A stretch of 64,000 nucleotides of DNA from Macrostomum lignano (lineage: Eukaryota): NCBI GenBank assembly GCA_002269645.1, contig NIVC01000477.1, positions 62,001-126,000 on the forward strand, written 5' to 3'. A program made the position numbers and the translations under genes. Below the pieces are notes generated by a model. That model worked only from the letters and a program-made list of their open reading frames with translations, was not told where the DNA came from and made no database searches. Shown here piece by piece: positions 1-13,000 of this stretch (position 1 is its first letter; every line of letters starts with the position of its first letter).

Positions 1-205
1 TCAACCCCTGTGTCTCACTCAGCCCCTGTGTCTCCCTATCAGCCCCTGTGTCTCACTCAACCCCTGTGTCTCCCTCTCAGCCCCTGTGTCTCCCTCTCAG
101 CCCCAGTCTCCCCCTCTCAGTCTCCCCTCTCAGTCTCCCCTCTCTGTCTCTCTTCTCAGTCTCTCCTCTAATTCTCTCCTCTCAGTCACCCTCTCAGTCT
201 CCCAA
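1..205. repeat. Pyrimidine-rich minisatellite (20-bp TCAGCCCCTGTGTCTCCCTC grading into ~13-14-bp TCAGTCTCCCCTC); truncated by window start
   Basis: Tandem units read directly. The later units are close to the reverse complement of the GAGAGGGAGAGACT monomer of the 1035-22120 array. Confidence 0.85.
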
Positions 206-582
206 TTTCAATTTCCCAATAGTGTCTTCATCTCAGCCATTCGAGAAAGCTTTGGGTGTACTATATATCGATGGATTGATTTATTCCCACATTGCTGCTT
301 TGCAGCCAAATTTCTTATATTAAAGATTAAATATAAGCCTGCTTACTTTAAAGTTAATCTTATAAAATTCAATTAAGTAAGGCATTTTTCTAAGAAGAGA
401 AAGTGTCGAGAAAAAGCTTAGATACTACAGATTAGACTCTAGCATTGCTCTAATAGTATAGATAATACAATAAATTCAAATTAAGCGAGCCTCCTTATCT
501 GTGTGGGAACTGCAATCTAATATAATATAGTAAGAACGCGGGCCTGGATATCGCATTTCTTCTTTAACGGTTTTTTCTTCAG

Positions 583-638
583 TTTATCTCTGTGTACAGA
601 GCAAAACTGTGCGACAGACACTGAAAAATTTAGTCGCA
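583..638 (+). CDS. Candidate upstream vinculin micro-exon (YLCVQSKTVRQTLKNLVA)
   Basis: TTTTTTCTTCAG acceptor at 582 (alternative TACAG at 599) and a weak GCA|GTCAGG donor at 639. The peptide has the same L..V..L.NLV spacing as vinculin DLTAPVAAVQAAVSNLVR (recalled). No supporting neighbour exon found. Confidence 0.25.
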
Positions 639-1034
639 GTCAGGGAGGAAGGCCTGCTTGCCTGGCAAATGATGACTGTTGTCGTTTTTCCGCTTTCTAA
701 ATACTGCCCCCCCCCCCCTCCTCTCTGTGTGCCAGTCTCTTTCGCTCTGTACATTTGTCCCCGAACTGTACTGTACTCGTAAACGCTATTTCAGTTCGGG
801 TGGGATATGAAGGATGAAAATTCTAACTTTTTTTCGACTGTGTTTATTCAGCAGGCTTGAATTCTGCATGTCAACTTTTATTTTTAAGGCACCGACATAA
901 ACTGGACAAGTCGTGAATCTATAAATAGTTTTAACTGTTTCAAAATTACTCATTAAAACTATTTTATGAATAATTAACCAGTTTTAGACAAAGACCAACT
1001 GGTAGACCGAATTTGATTAAAACTGACTGAGAGA

Positions 1035-4000
1035 GTGAGAGAGGGACAGATTGAGAGAAAGGAGATTGAGGGAGAGATTGAGAGGAAGGAGATTGAGAGG
1101 GAGGAGATTGAGAGGAAGGAGATTGGGAGGGAGGAGATTGAGGGAGAGATTGAGAGGGAGGAGATTGAGAGGGAGGAGATTGAGAGGGAGGAGATTGGGA
1201 GGGAGGAGATTGAGAGGGAGGAGATTGAGAGGGAGGAGATTGAGAGGGAGGAGATTGGGAGGGAGGAGATTGAGAGGGAGGAGATTGAGGGACAGATTGA
1301 GAGGGAGGAGATTGAGAGGGAGGAGATTGAGAGGGAGGAGATTGGGAGGGAGGAGATTGAGAGGGAGGAGATTGAGAGGGAGGAGATTGAGAGGGAGGAG
1401 ATTGGGAGGGAGGAGATTGAGAGGGAGGAGATTGAGGGAGAGATTGAGAGGGAGGAGATTGAGAGGGAGGAGATTGGGAGGGAGGAGATTGAGAGGGAGG
1501 AGATTGAGGGAGAGATTGAGAGGGAGGAGATTGAGGGAGAGATTGAGAGGGAGGAAATTAAGGTAGAGATTGAGAGGGAGGAGATTGAGAGGGAGGAGAT
1601 TGAGAGGGAGGAGATTGAGAGGGAGGAGATTGGAAGGGAGGAGATTGAGAGGGAGGAGATTGAGGGAGAGATTGAGAGGGAGGAGATTGAGAGGGAGGAG
1701 ATTGAGAGGGAGGAGATTGAGAGGGAGGAGATTGGGAGGGAGGAGATTGAGAGGGAGGAGATTGAGGGAGAGATTGAGAGGGAGGAGATTAAGAGGGAGG
1801 AGATTGAGAGGGAGGAGATTGAGGGAGAGATTGAGGGAGAGATTGAGAGGGAGGAGATTGAGAGGGAGGAGATTGAGAGGGAGGAGATTGGGAGGGAGGA
1901 GATTGAGAGGGAGGAGATTGAGGGAGAGATTGAGAGGGAGGAGATTAAGAGGGAGGAGATTGAGAGGGAGGAGATTGAGGGAGAGATTGAGAGGGAGGAG
2001 ATTGAGAGGGAGGAGATTGAGAGGGAGGAGATTGAGAGGGAGGAGATTGAGAGGGAGGAGATTGGGAGGGAGGAGATTGGGAGGGAGGAGATTGAGGGAG
2101 AGATTGAGAGGGAGGAGATTGAGAGGGAGGAGATTGAGAGGGAGGAGATTGAGAGGGAGGAGATTGAGGGAGAGATTGAGAGGGAGGAGATTGAGAGGGA
2201 GGAGATTGAGAGGGTGGAGATTGAGAAAGAGAGATTGAGAGGGAGGAGATTGAGAGGGAGGAGATTGGGAGGGAGGAGATTGAGAGGGAGGAGATTGGGA
2301 GGGAGGAGATTGAGAGGGAGGAGATTGAGAGGGAGGAGATTGGGAGGGAGGAGATTGAGAGGGAGGAGATTGAGAGGGAGGAGATTAAGAGTGAGGAGAT
2401 TGAGAGGGAGGAGATTGAGAGGGAGGAGATTGAGAGGGAGAGATTGAGAGGGAGGAGATTGGGAGGGAGGAGATTGAGAGGGAGAGATTGAGAGGGAGGA
2501 GATTGAGAGTGAGGAGATTGAGAGGGAGGAGATTGAGAGTGAGGAGATTGAGAGTGAGGAGATTGAGAGGGAGAGACTGAGAGGGAGAGACTGAGAGGGA
2601 GAGACTGAGAGGGAGAGATTGAGAGGGAGAGACTGAGAGGGAGAGACTGAGAGGGAGAGACTGAGAGGGGGAGACTGAGAGGGAGAGACTGAGAGGGAGA
2701 GACTGAGAGGGAGAGACTGAGAGGGAGAGACTGAGAGGGGGAGATTGAGAGGGGGAGATTGAGAGGGAGAGACTGAGAGAAAGAGACTGAGAAAGAGATT
2801 GAGAGGGAGAGACTGAGAGGGAGAGGCTGAGAGGGAGAGACTGAGAGGGAGAGACTGAGAGGGGGAGACTGAGAGGGAGAGACTGAGAGGGAGAGACTGA
2901 GAGGGAGAGACTGAGAGGGAGAGACTGAGAGGGAGAGACTGAGAGGGAGAGACTGAGAGGGAGAGACTGAGAGGGAGAGATTGAGAGGGAGAGACTGAGA
3001 GGGAGAGACTGAGAGGGACAGGCTGAGAGGGAGAGATTGAGAGGGAGGAGATTGAGAGGGAGAGACTGAGAGGGAGAGATTGAGAGGGAGAGACTGAGAG
3101 GGAGAGATTGAGAGGGAGAAGCTGAGAGGGAGGAGATTGAGAGGGAGGAGATTGAGAGGGAGGAGATTGAGAGGGAGGAGATTGGAAGGGAGGAGATTGA
3201 GAGGGAGGAGATTGAGGGAGAGATTGAGAGGGAGGAGATTGAGAGGGAGGAGATTGGGAGGGAGGAGACTGAGAGGGAGGAGATTGAGGGAGAGATTGAG
3301 AGGGAGGAGATTAAGAGGGAGGAGATTGAGAGGGAGGAGATTGAGGGAGAGATTGAGGGAGAGATTGAGAGGGAGGAGATTGAGAGGGAAGAGATTGAGA
3401 GGGAGGAGATTGGGAGGGAGGAGATTGAGAGGGAGGAGATTGAGGGAGAGATTGAGAGGGAGGAGATTAAGAGGGAGGAAATTGAGAGGGAGGAGATTGA
3501 GGGAGAGATTGAGAGGGAGGAGATTGAGAGGGGGGAGATTGAGAGGGAGGAGATTGGGAGGGAGGAGATTTAGAGGGAGGAGATTGAGAGGGAGGAGATT
3601 GATAGGGAGGAGATTGGGAGGGAGGAGATTGGGAGGGAGGAGATTGAGGGAGAGATTGAGAGGGAGGAGATTGAGAGGGAGGAGATTGAGAGGGAGGAGA
3701 TTGAGGGAGAGATTGAGAGGGAGGAGATTGAGAGGGAGGAGATTGAGAGGGAGGAGATTGAGAGGGTGGAGATTGAGAAAGAGAGATTGAGAGGGAGGAG
3801 ATTGAGAGGGAGGAGATTGGGAGGGAGGAGATTGAGAGGGAGGAGATTGGGAGGGAGGAGATTGAGAGGGGGGAGATTGAGAGGGAGGAGATTGGGAGGG
3901 AGGAGATTGAGAGGGAGGAGATTGAGAGGGAGGAGATTAAGAGTGAGGAGATTGAGAGTGAGGAGATTGAGACGGAGGAGATTGAGAGGGAGAGATTGAG

Positions 4001-7000
4001 AGGGAGGAGATTGGGAGGGAGGAGATTGAGAGGGAGAGATTGAGAGGGAGGAGATTGAGAGTGAGGAGATTGAGAGGGAGGAGATTGAGAGTGAGGAGAT
4101 TGAGAGTGAGGAGATTGAGAGTGAGGAGATTGAGAGGGAGTAGATTGAGAGGGAGAGACTGAGAGGGAGAGACTGAGAGGGAGAGACTGAGAGGGAGAGA
4201 TTGAGAGGGAGAGACTGAGAGGGAGAGGCTGAGAGGGAGAGACTGAGAGGGAGAGACTGAGAGGGGGAGACTGAGAGGGAGAGACTGAGAGGGAGAGACT
4301 GAGAGGGAGAGACTGAGAGGGAGAGACTGAGAGGGGGAGATTGAGAGGGGGAGATTGAGAGGGAGAGACTGAGAGAAAGAGACTGAGAAAGAGATTGAGA
4401 GGGAGAGACTGAGAGGGAGAGGCTGAGAGGGAGAGACTGAGAGGGAGAGACTGAGAGGGGGAGACTGAGAGGGAGAGACTGAGAGGGAGAGACTGAGAGG
4501 GAGAGACTGAGAGGGAGAGACTGAGAGGGAGAGACTGAGAGGGAGAGACTGAGAGGGAGAGACTGAGAGGGAGAGACTGAGAGGGAGAGACTGAGAGGGA
4601 GAGACTGAGAGGGAGAGACTGAGAGGGAGAGACTGAGAGGGGGAGACTGAGAGGGAGAGACTGAGAAGGAGAGACTGAGAGGGACTGAGAGGGACTCAGT
4701 CTCTCTCTCAAGAGATTGAGAGGGAGGAGATTGAGGAGATTGAGAGGGAGGAGATTGAGAGGGAGGAGATTGAGGGAGAGATTGAGAGGGGGAGATTGAG
4801 AGGGGGAGATTGAGAGGGAGAGACTGAGAGGGAGAGACTGAGAAAGAGATTGAGAGGGAGAGACTGAGAGGGAGAGGCTGAGAGGGAGAGACTGAGAGGG
4901 AGAGACTGAGAGGGGGAGACTGAGAGGGAGGAGATTGAGAGGGAGAGACTGAGAGGGAGAGACTGAGAGGGAGAGACTGAGAGGGAGAGACTGAGAGGGA
5001 GAGATTGAGAGGGAGAGACTGAGAGGGAGAGACTGAGAGGGAGAGGCTGAGAGGGAGAGATTGAGAGGGAGGAGATTGAGAGGGAGAGACTGAGAGGGAG
5101 AGATTGAGAGGGAGAGACTGAGAGGGAGAGATTGAGAGGGAGAGGCTGAGAGGGAGGAGATTGAGAGGGAGAGACTGAGAGGGAGAGACTGAGAGGGAGA
5201 GATTGGGAGGGAGGAGATTGAGAGGGAGAGGCTGAGAGGGAGAGATTGAGAGGGAGGAGATTGAGAGGGAGGAGATTGGGAGGGAGGAGATTGAGAAAGA
5301 GAGATTGAGAGGGAGGAGATTGAGAGGGAGGAGATTGGGAGGGAGGAGATTGAGAGGGAGGAGATTGTGAGGGATTAGATTGAGAGGGAGGAGATTGAGA
5401 GGGAGGAGATTGGGAGGGAGGAGATTGAGAGGGAGGAGATTGAGAGGGAGGAGATTAAGAGTGAGGAGATGGGGAGGGAGGAGATTGAGAGGGAGGAGAT
5501 TGAGGGAGAGATTGAGAGGGAGGAGATTGAGAGGGAGGAGATTGAGAGGGAGGAGATTGGGAGGGAGGAGATTGAGAGGGAGGAGATTGAGGGAGAGATT
5601 GAGAGGGAGGAGATTGAGGGAGAGATTGAGAGGGAGGAAATTAAGGTAGAGATTGAGAGGGAGGAGATTGAGAGGGAGGAGATTGAGAGGGAGGAGATTG
5701 AGAGGGAGGAGATTGGAAGGGAGGAGATTGAGAGGGAGGAGATTGAGGGAGAGATTGAGAGGGAGGAGATTGAGAGGGAGGAGATTGAGAGGGAGGAGAT
5801 TGAGAGGGAGGAGATTGGAGGGAGGAGATTGAGAGGGAGGAGATTGAGGGAGAGATTGAGAGGGAGGAGATTAAGAGGGAGGAGATTGAGAGGGAGGAGA
5901 TTGAGGGAGAGATTGAGGGAGAGATTGAGAGGGAGGAGATTGAGAGGGAGGAGATTGAGAGGGAGGAGATTGGGAGGGAGGAGATTGAGAGGGAGGAGAT
6001 TGAGGAGAGATTGAGAGGGAGGAGATTAAGAGGGAGGAGATTGAGAGGGAGGAGATTGAGGGAGAGATTGAGAGGGAGGAGATTGAGAGGGAGGAGATTG
6101 AGAGGGAGGAGATTGAGAGGGAGGAGATTGAGAGGGAGGAGATTGGGAGGGAGGAGATTGGGAGGGAGGAGATTGAGGGAGAGATTGAGAGGGAGGAGAT
6201 TGAGAGGGAGGAGATTGAGAGGGAGGAGATTAAGAGGGAGGAGATTGAGGGAGAGATTGAGAGGGAGGAGATTGAGAGGGAGGAGATTGAGAGGGAGGAG
6301 ATTGAGAGGGTGGAGATTGAGAAAGAGAGATTGAGAGGGAGGAGATTGAGAGGGAGGAGATTGGGAGGGAGGAGATTGAGAGGGAGGAGATTGGGAGGGA
6401 GGAGATTGAGAGGGAGGAGATTGAGAGGGAGGAGATTGGGAGGGAGGAGATTGAGAGGGAGGAGATTGAGAGGGAGGAGATTAAGAGTGAGGAGATTGAG
6501 AGGGAGGAGATTGAGAGGGAGGAGATTGAGAGGGAGAGATTGAGAGGGAGGAGATTGGGAGGGAGGAGATTGAGAGGGAGAGATTGAGAGGGAGGAGATT
6601 GAGAGTGAGGAGATTGAGAGGAGGAGATTGAGAGTGAGGAGATTGAGAGTGAGGAGATTGAGAGGGAGAGACTGAGAGGGAGAGACTGAGAGGGAGAGAC
6701 TGAGAGGGAGAGATTGAGAGGGAGAGACTGAGAGGGAGAGACTGAGAGGGAGAGACTGAGAGGGGGAGACTGAGAGGGAGAGACTGAGAGGGAGAGACTG
6801 AGAGGGAGAGACTGAGAGGGAGAGACTGAGAGGGGGAGATTGAGAGGGGGAGATTGAGAGGGAGAGACTGAGAGGGAGAGACTAAGAAAGAGATTGAGAG
6901 GGAGAGACTGAGAGGGAGAGGCTGAGAGGGAGAGACTGAGAGGGAGAGACTGAGAGGGGGAGACTGAGAGGGAGAGACTGAGAGGGAGAGACTGAGAGGG

Positions 7001-10000
7001 AGAGACTGAGAGGGAGAGACTGAGAGGGAGAGACTGAGAGGGAGAGACTGAGAGGGAGAGACTGAGAGGGAGAGATTGAGAGGGAGAGACTGAGAGGGAG
7101 AGACTGAGAGGGACAGGCTGAGAGGGAGAGATTGAGAGGGAGGAGATTGAGAGGGAGAGACTGAGAGGGAGAGATTGAGAGGGAGAGACTGAGAGGGAGA
7201 GATTGAGAGGGAGAAGCTGAGAGGGAGGAGATTGAGAGGGAGGAGATTGAGAGGGAGGAGATTGAGAGGGAGGAGATTGGAAGGAAGGAGATTGAGAGGG
7301 AGGAGATTGAGGGAGAGATTGAGAGGGAGGAGATTGAGAGGGAGGAGATTGGGAGGGAGGAGACTGAGAGGGAGGAGATTGAGGGAGAGATTGAGAGGGA
7401 GGAGATTAAGAGGGAGGAGATTGAGAGGGAGGAGATTGAGGGAGAGATTGAGGGAGAGATTGAGAGGGAGGAGATTGAGAGGGAAGAGATTGAGAGGGAG
7501 GAGATTGGGAGGGAGGAGATTGAGAGGGAGGAGATTGAGGGAGAGATTGAGAGGGAGGAGATTAAGAGGGAGGAAATTGAGAGGAGAGGAGATTGAGGGA
7601 GAGATTGAGAGGGAGGAGATTGAGAGGGGGGAGATTGAGAGGGAGGAGATTGGGAGGGAGGAAATTTAGAGGGAGGAGATTGAGAGGGAGGAGATTGATA
7701 GGGAGGAGATTGGGAGGGAGGAGATTGGGAGGGAGGAGATTGAGGGAGAGATTGAGAGGGAGGAGATTGAGAGGGAGGAGATTGAGAGGGAGGAGATTGA
7801 GGGAGAGATTGAGAGGGAGGAGATTGAGAGGGAGGAGATTGAGAGGGAGGAGATTGAGAGGGTGGAGATTGAGAAAGAGAGATTGAGAGGGAGGAGATTG
7901 AGAGGGAGGAGATTGGGAGGGAGGAGATTGAGAGGGAGGAGATTGGGAGGGAGGAGATTGAGAGGGAGGAGATTGAGAGGGAGGAGATTGGGAGGGAGGA
8001 GATTGAGAGGGAGGAGATTGAGAGGGAGGAGATTAAGAGTGAGGAGATTGAGAGTGAAGAGATTGAGAGGGAGGAGATTGAGACGGAGGAGATTGAGAGG
8101 GAGAGATTGAGAGGGAGGAGATTGGGAGGGAGGAGATTGAGAGGGAGAGATTGAGAGGGAGGAGATTGAGAGTGAGGAGATTGAGAGGGAGGAGATTGAG
8201 AGTGAGGAGATTGAGAGTGAGGAGATTGAGAGTGAGGAGATTGAGAGGGAGTAGATTGAGAGGGAGAGACTGAGAGGGAGAGACTGAGAGGGAGAGACTG
8301 AGAGAGAGAGATTGAGAGGGAGAGACTGAGAGGGAGAGGCTGAGAGGGAGAGACTGAGAGGGAGAGACTGAGAGGGGGAGACTGAGAGGGAGAGACTGAG
8401 AGGGAGAGACTGAGAGGAGAGACTGAGAGGGGGAGATTGAGAGGGGAGATTGAGAGGGAGAGACTGAGAGAAAGAGACTGAGAAAGAGATTGAGAGGGAG
8501 AGACTGAGAGGGAGAGGCTGAGAGGGAGAGACTGAGAGGGAGAGACTGAGAGGGGAGACTGAGAGGGAGAGACTGAGAGGGAGAGACTGAGAGGGAGAGA
8601 CTGAGAGGGAGAGACTGAGAGGGAGAGACTGAGAGGGAGAGACTGAGAGGGAGAGACTGAGAGGGAGAGACTGAGAGGGAGAGACTGAGAGGGAGAGACT
8701 GAGAGGGAGAGACTAAGAAAGAGATTGAGAGGGGGAGACTGAGAGGGAGAGACTGAGAAGGAGAGACTGAGAGGGACTGAGAGGGACTCAGTCTCTCTCT
8801 CAAGAGATTGAGAGGGAGGAGATTGAGGAGATTGAGAGGGAGGAGATTGAGAGGGAGGAGATTGAGGGAGAGATTGAGAGGGGGAGATTGAGAGGGGGAG
8901 ATTGAGAGGGAGAGACTGAGAGGGAGAGACTGAGAAAGAGATTGAGAGGGAGAGACTGAGAGGGAGAGGCTGAGAGGGAGAGACTGAGAGGGAGAGACTG
9001 AGAGGGGGAGACTGAGAGGGAGAGACTGAGAGGGAGAGACTGAGAGGGAGAGACTGAGAGGGAGAGACTGAGAGGGAGAGACTGAGAGGGAGAGATTGAG
9101 AGGGAGAGACTGAGAGGGAGAGACTGAGAGGGAGAGGCTGAGAGGGAGAGATTGAGAGGGAGGAGATTGAGAGGGAGAGACTGAGAGGGAGAGATTGAGA
9201 GGGAGAGACTGAGAGGGAGAGATTGAGAGGGAGAGGCTGAGAGGGAGGAGATTGAGAGGGAGAGACTGAGAGGGAGAGACTGAGAGGGAGAGATTGGGAG
9301 GGAGGAGATTGAGAGGGAGAGGCTGAGAGGGAGAGATTGAGAGGGAGGAGATTGAGAGGGAGGAGATTGAGAGGGAGAGATTGAGAGGGAGAGACTGAGA
9401 GGGAGAGATTGAGAGGGAGGAGACTGAGAGGGAGAGGCTGAGAGGGAGGAGATTGAGTGGGAGAGACTGAGAGGGAGAGATTGAGAGGGAGGAGATTGAG
9501 AGGGAGGAGATTGGGAGGGAGGAGATTGAGAGGGAGGAGATTGAGGGACAGATTGAGAGGGAGGAGATTGAGAGGGAGGAGATTGAGAGGGAGGAGATTG
9601 GGAGGGAGGAGATTGAGAGGGAGGAGATTGAGAGGGAGGAGATTGAGAGGGAGGAGATTGGAGAGGGAGGAGATTGAGAGGGAGGAGATTGAGAGGGAAG
9701 AGATTGAGAGGGAGGAGATTGAGAGGGAGGAGATTGAGAGGGAGGAGATTGAGAGGGAGGAGATTGAGGGAGAGATTGAGAGGGAGGAGATTGAGGGAGA
9801 GATTGAGAGGGAGGAAATTAAGGTAGAGATTGAGAGGGAGGAGATTGAGAGGGAGGAGATTGAGAGGGAGGAGATTGAGAGGGAGGAGATTGGAAGGGAG
9901 GAGATTGAGAGGGAGGAGATTGAGGGAGAGATTGAGAGGGAGGAGATTGAGAGGGAGGAGATTGAGAGGGAGGAGATTGAGAGGGAGGAGATTGAGAGGG

Positions 10001-13000
10001 AGGAGATTGAGAGTTAGGAGATTGAGGGAGAGATTGAGAGGGAGGAGATTGAGAGGGAGGAGATTGAGAGGGAGGAGATTGAGAGGGAGGAGATTGAGAG
10101 GGAGGAGATTGAGGGAGAGATTGAGAGGGAGGAGATTGAGAGGGAAGAGATTGAGAGGGAGGAGATTGAGAGGGAGGAGATTGAGAGGGAGGAGATTGGG
10201 AGGGAGGAGATTGAGAGGGAGGAGATTGTGGGAGAGATTGAGAGGGAGGAGATTAAGAGGGAGGAGATTGAGAGGGAGGAGATTGAGAGGGAGGAGATTG
10301 AGAGGGAGGAGATTGAGAGGGAGGAGATTGAGAGGGAGGAGATTGGGAGGGAGGAGATTGAGGGAGAGATTGAGAGGGAGGAGATTGAGAGGGAGGAGAT
10401 TGAGGGAGGAGATTGAGAGGGAGGAGATTGAGGGAGAGATTGAGAGGGAGGAGATTGAGAGGGAGGAGATTGAGAGGGAGGAGATTGAGAAAGAGAGATT
10501 GAGAGGGAGGAGATTGAGAGGGAGGAGATTGGGAGGGAGGAGATTGAGAGGGAGGAGATTGTGAGGGATTAGATTGAGAGGGAGGAGATTGAGAGGGAGG
10601 AGATTGGGAGGGAGGAGATTGAGAGGGAGGAGATTGAGAGGGAGGAGATTAAGAGTGAGGAGATTGAGAGGGAGGAGATTGAGAGGGAGGAGATTGAGAG
10701 GGAGAGATTGAGAGGGAGGAGATTGGGAGGGAGGAGATTGAGAGGGAGAGATTGAGAGGGAGGAGATTCAGAGGGAGGAGATTGAGAGTGAGGAGATTGA
10801 GAGTGAGGAGATTGAGAGGGAGGAGATTGAGAGAGAGAGACTGAGAGGGAGAGACTGAGAGGGAGAGACTGAGAGGGGGAGATTGAGAGGGGAGATTGAG
10901 AGGGAGAGACTGAGAGGGAGAGACTGAGAGGGAGAGACTGAGAGGGAGAGACTGAGAGGGAGAGACTGAGAGGGAGAGACTGAGAGGGAGAGACTGAGAG
11001 GGAGAAGCTGAGAGGGAGGAGATTGAGAGGGAGGAGATTGAGAGGGAGAGACTGAGAGGGAGAGACTGAGAGGGAGAGGCTGAGAGGGAGAGATTGAGAG
11101 GGAGGAGATTGAGAGGGAGAGACTGAGAGGGAGAGATTGAGAGGGAGAGACTGAGAGGGAGAGATTGAGAGGGAGAAGCTGAGAGGGAGGAGATTGAGAG
11201 GGAGGAGATTGAGAGGGAGGAGATTGGAAGGGAGGAGATTGAGAGGGAGGAGATTGAGGGACAGATTGAGAGGGAGGAGATTGAGAGGGAGGAGATTGGG
11301 AGGGAGGAGACTGAGAGGGAGGAGATTGAGGGAGAGATTGAGAGGGAGGAGATTAAGAGGGAGGAGATTGAGAGGGAGGAGATTGAGGGAGAGATTGAGG
11401 GAGAGATTGAGAGGGAGGAGATTGAGAGGGAAGAGATTGAGAGGGAGGAGATTGAGAGGGAGGAGATTGGGAGGGAGGAGATTGAGAGGGAGGAGATTGA
11501 GGGAGAGATTGAGAGGGAGGAGATTAAGAGGGAGGAAATTGAGAGGGAGGAGATTGAGGGAGAGATTGAGAGGGAGGAGATTGAGAGCGAGGAGATTGAG
11601 AGGGAGGAGATTTAGAGGGAGGAGATTGAGAGGGAGGAGATTGAGAGGGAGGAGATTGGGAGGGAGGAGATTGGGAGGGAGGAGATTGAGGGAGAGATTG
11701 AGAGGGAGGAGATTGAGAGGGAGGAGATTGAGAGGGAGGAGATTGAGGGACAGATTGAGAGGGAGGAGATTGAGAGGGAGGAGATTGAGAGGGAGGAGAT
11801 TGAGAGGGTGGAGATTGAGAAAGAGAGATTGAGAGGGAGGAGATTGAGAGGGAAGAGATTGAGAGGGAGGAGATTGAGAGGGAGGAGATTGAGAGGGAGG
11901 AGATTGGGAGGGAGGAGATTGAGAGGGAGGAGATTGTGGGAGAGATTGAGAGGGAGGAGATTGTGGGAGAGATTGAGAGGGAGGAGATTAAGAGGGAGGA
12001 GATTTAGAGGGAGGAGATTGAGAGGGAGGAGATTGAGAGGGAGGAGATTGAGACGGAGGAGATTGAGAGGGAGAGATTGAGAGGGAGGAGATTGGGAGGG
12101 AGGAGATTGAGAGGGAGAGATTGAGAGGGAGGAGATTGAGAGTGAGGAGATTGAGAGGGAGGAGATTGAGAGTGAGGAGATTGAGAGTGAGGAGATTGAG
12201 AGTGAGGAGATTGAGAGGGAGTAGATTGAGAGGGAGAGACTGAGAGGGAGAGACTGAGAATGAGAGACTGAGAGGGAGAGATTGAGAGGGAGAGACTGAG
12301 AGGGAGAGGCTGAGAGGGAGAGACTGAGAGGGAGAGACTGAGAGGGGGAGACTGAGAGGGAGAGACTGAGAGGGAGAGACTGAGAGGGAGAGACTGAGAG
12401 GGAGAGACTGAGAGGGGGAGATTGAGAGGGGGAGATTGAGAGGGAGAGACTGATAGGGAGAGACTTAGAAAGAGATTGAGAGGGAGAGACTGAGAGGGAG
12501 AGGCTGAGAGGGAGAGACTGAGAGGGAGAGACTGAGAGGGAGAGATTGAGAGGGAGAGACTGAGAGGGAGAGACTGAGAGGAAGAGACTGAGAGGGAGAG
12601 ACTGAGAGGGAGAGACTGAGAGGGAGAGACTGAGAGGGAGAGACTGAGAGGGGGAGACTGAGAGGGAGAGACTGAGAGGGAGAGACTGAGAGGGAGAGAC
12701 TGAGAGGGGGAGATTGAGAGGGGGAGATTGAGAGGGAGAGACTGAGAGGGAGAGACTGAGAAAGAGATTGAGAGGGAGAGACTGAGAGGGAGAGGCTGAG
12801 AGGGAGAGACTGAGAGGGAGAGACTGAGAGGGGGAGACTGAGAGGGAGAGACTGAGAGGGAGAGACTGAGAGGGAGAGACTGAGAGGGAGAGACTGAGAG
12901 GGAGAGACTGAGAGGGAGAGATTGAGAGGGAGAGACTGAGAGGGAGAGACTGAGAGGGAGAGGCTGAGAGGGAGAGATTGAGAGGGAGAGATGAGAGGGA

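Noticed and set aside
988-1034. Possible coding exon (KDQLVDRI, like vinculin RDYLID) before the array
   Set aside because: Stops in all three frames; at most a non-coding exon.
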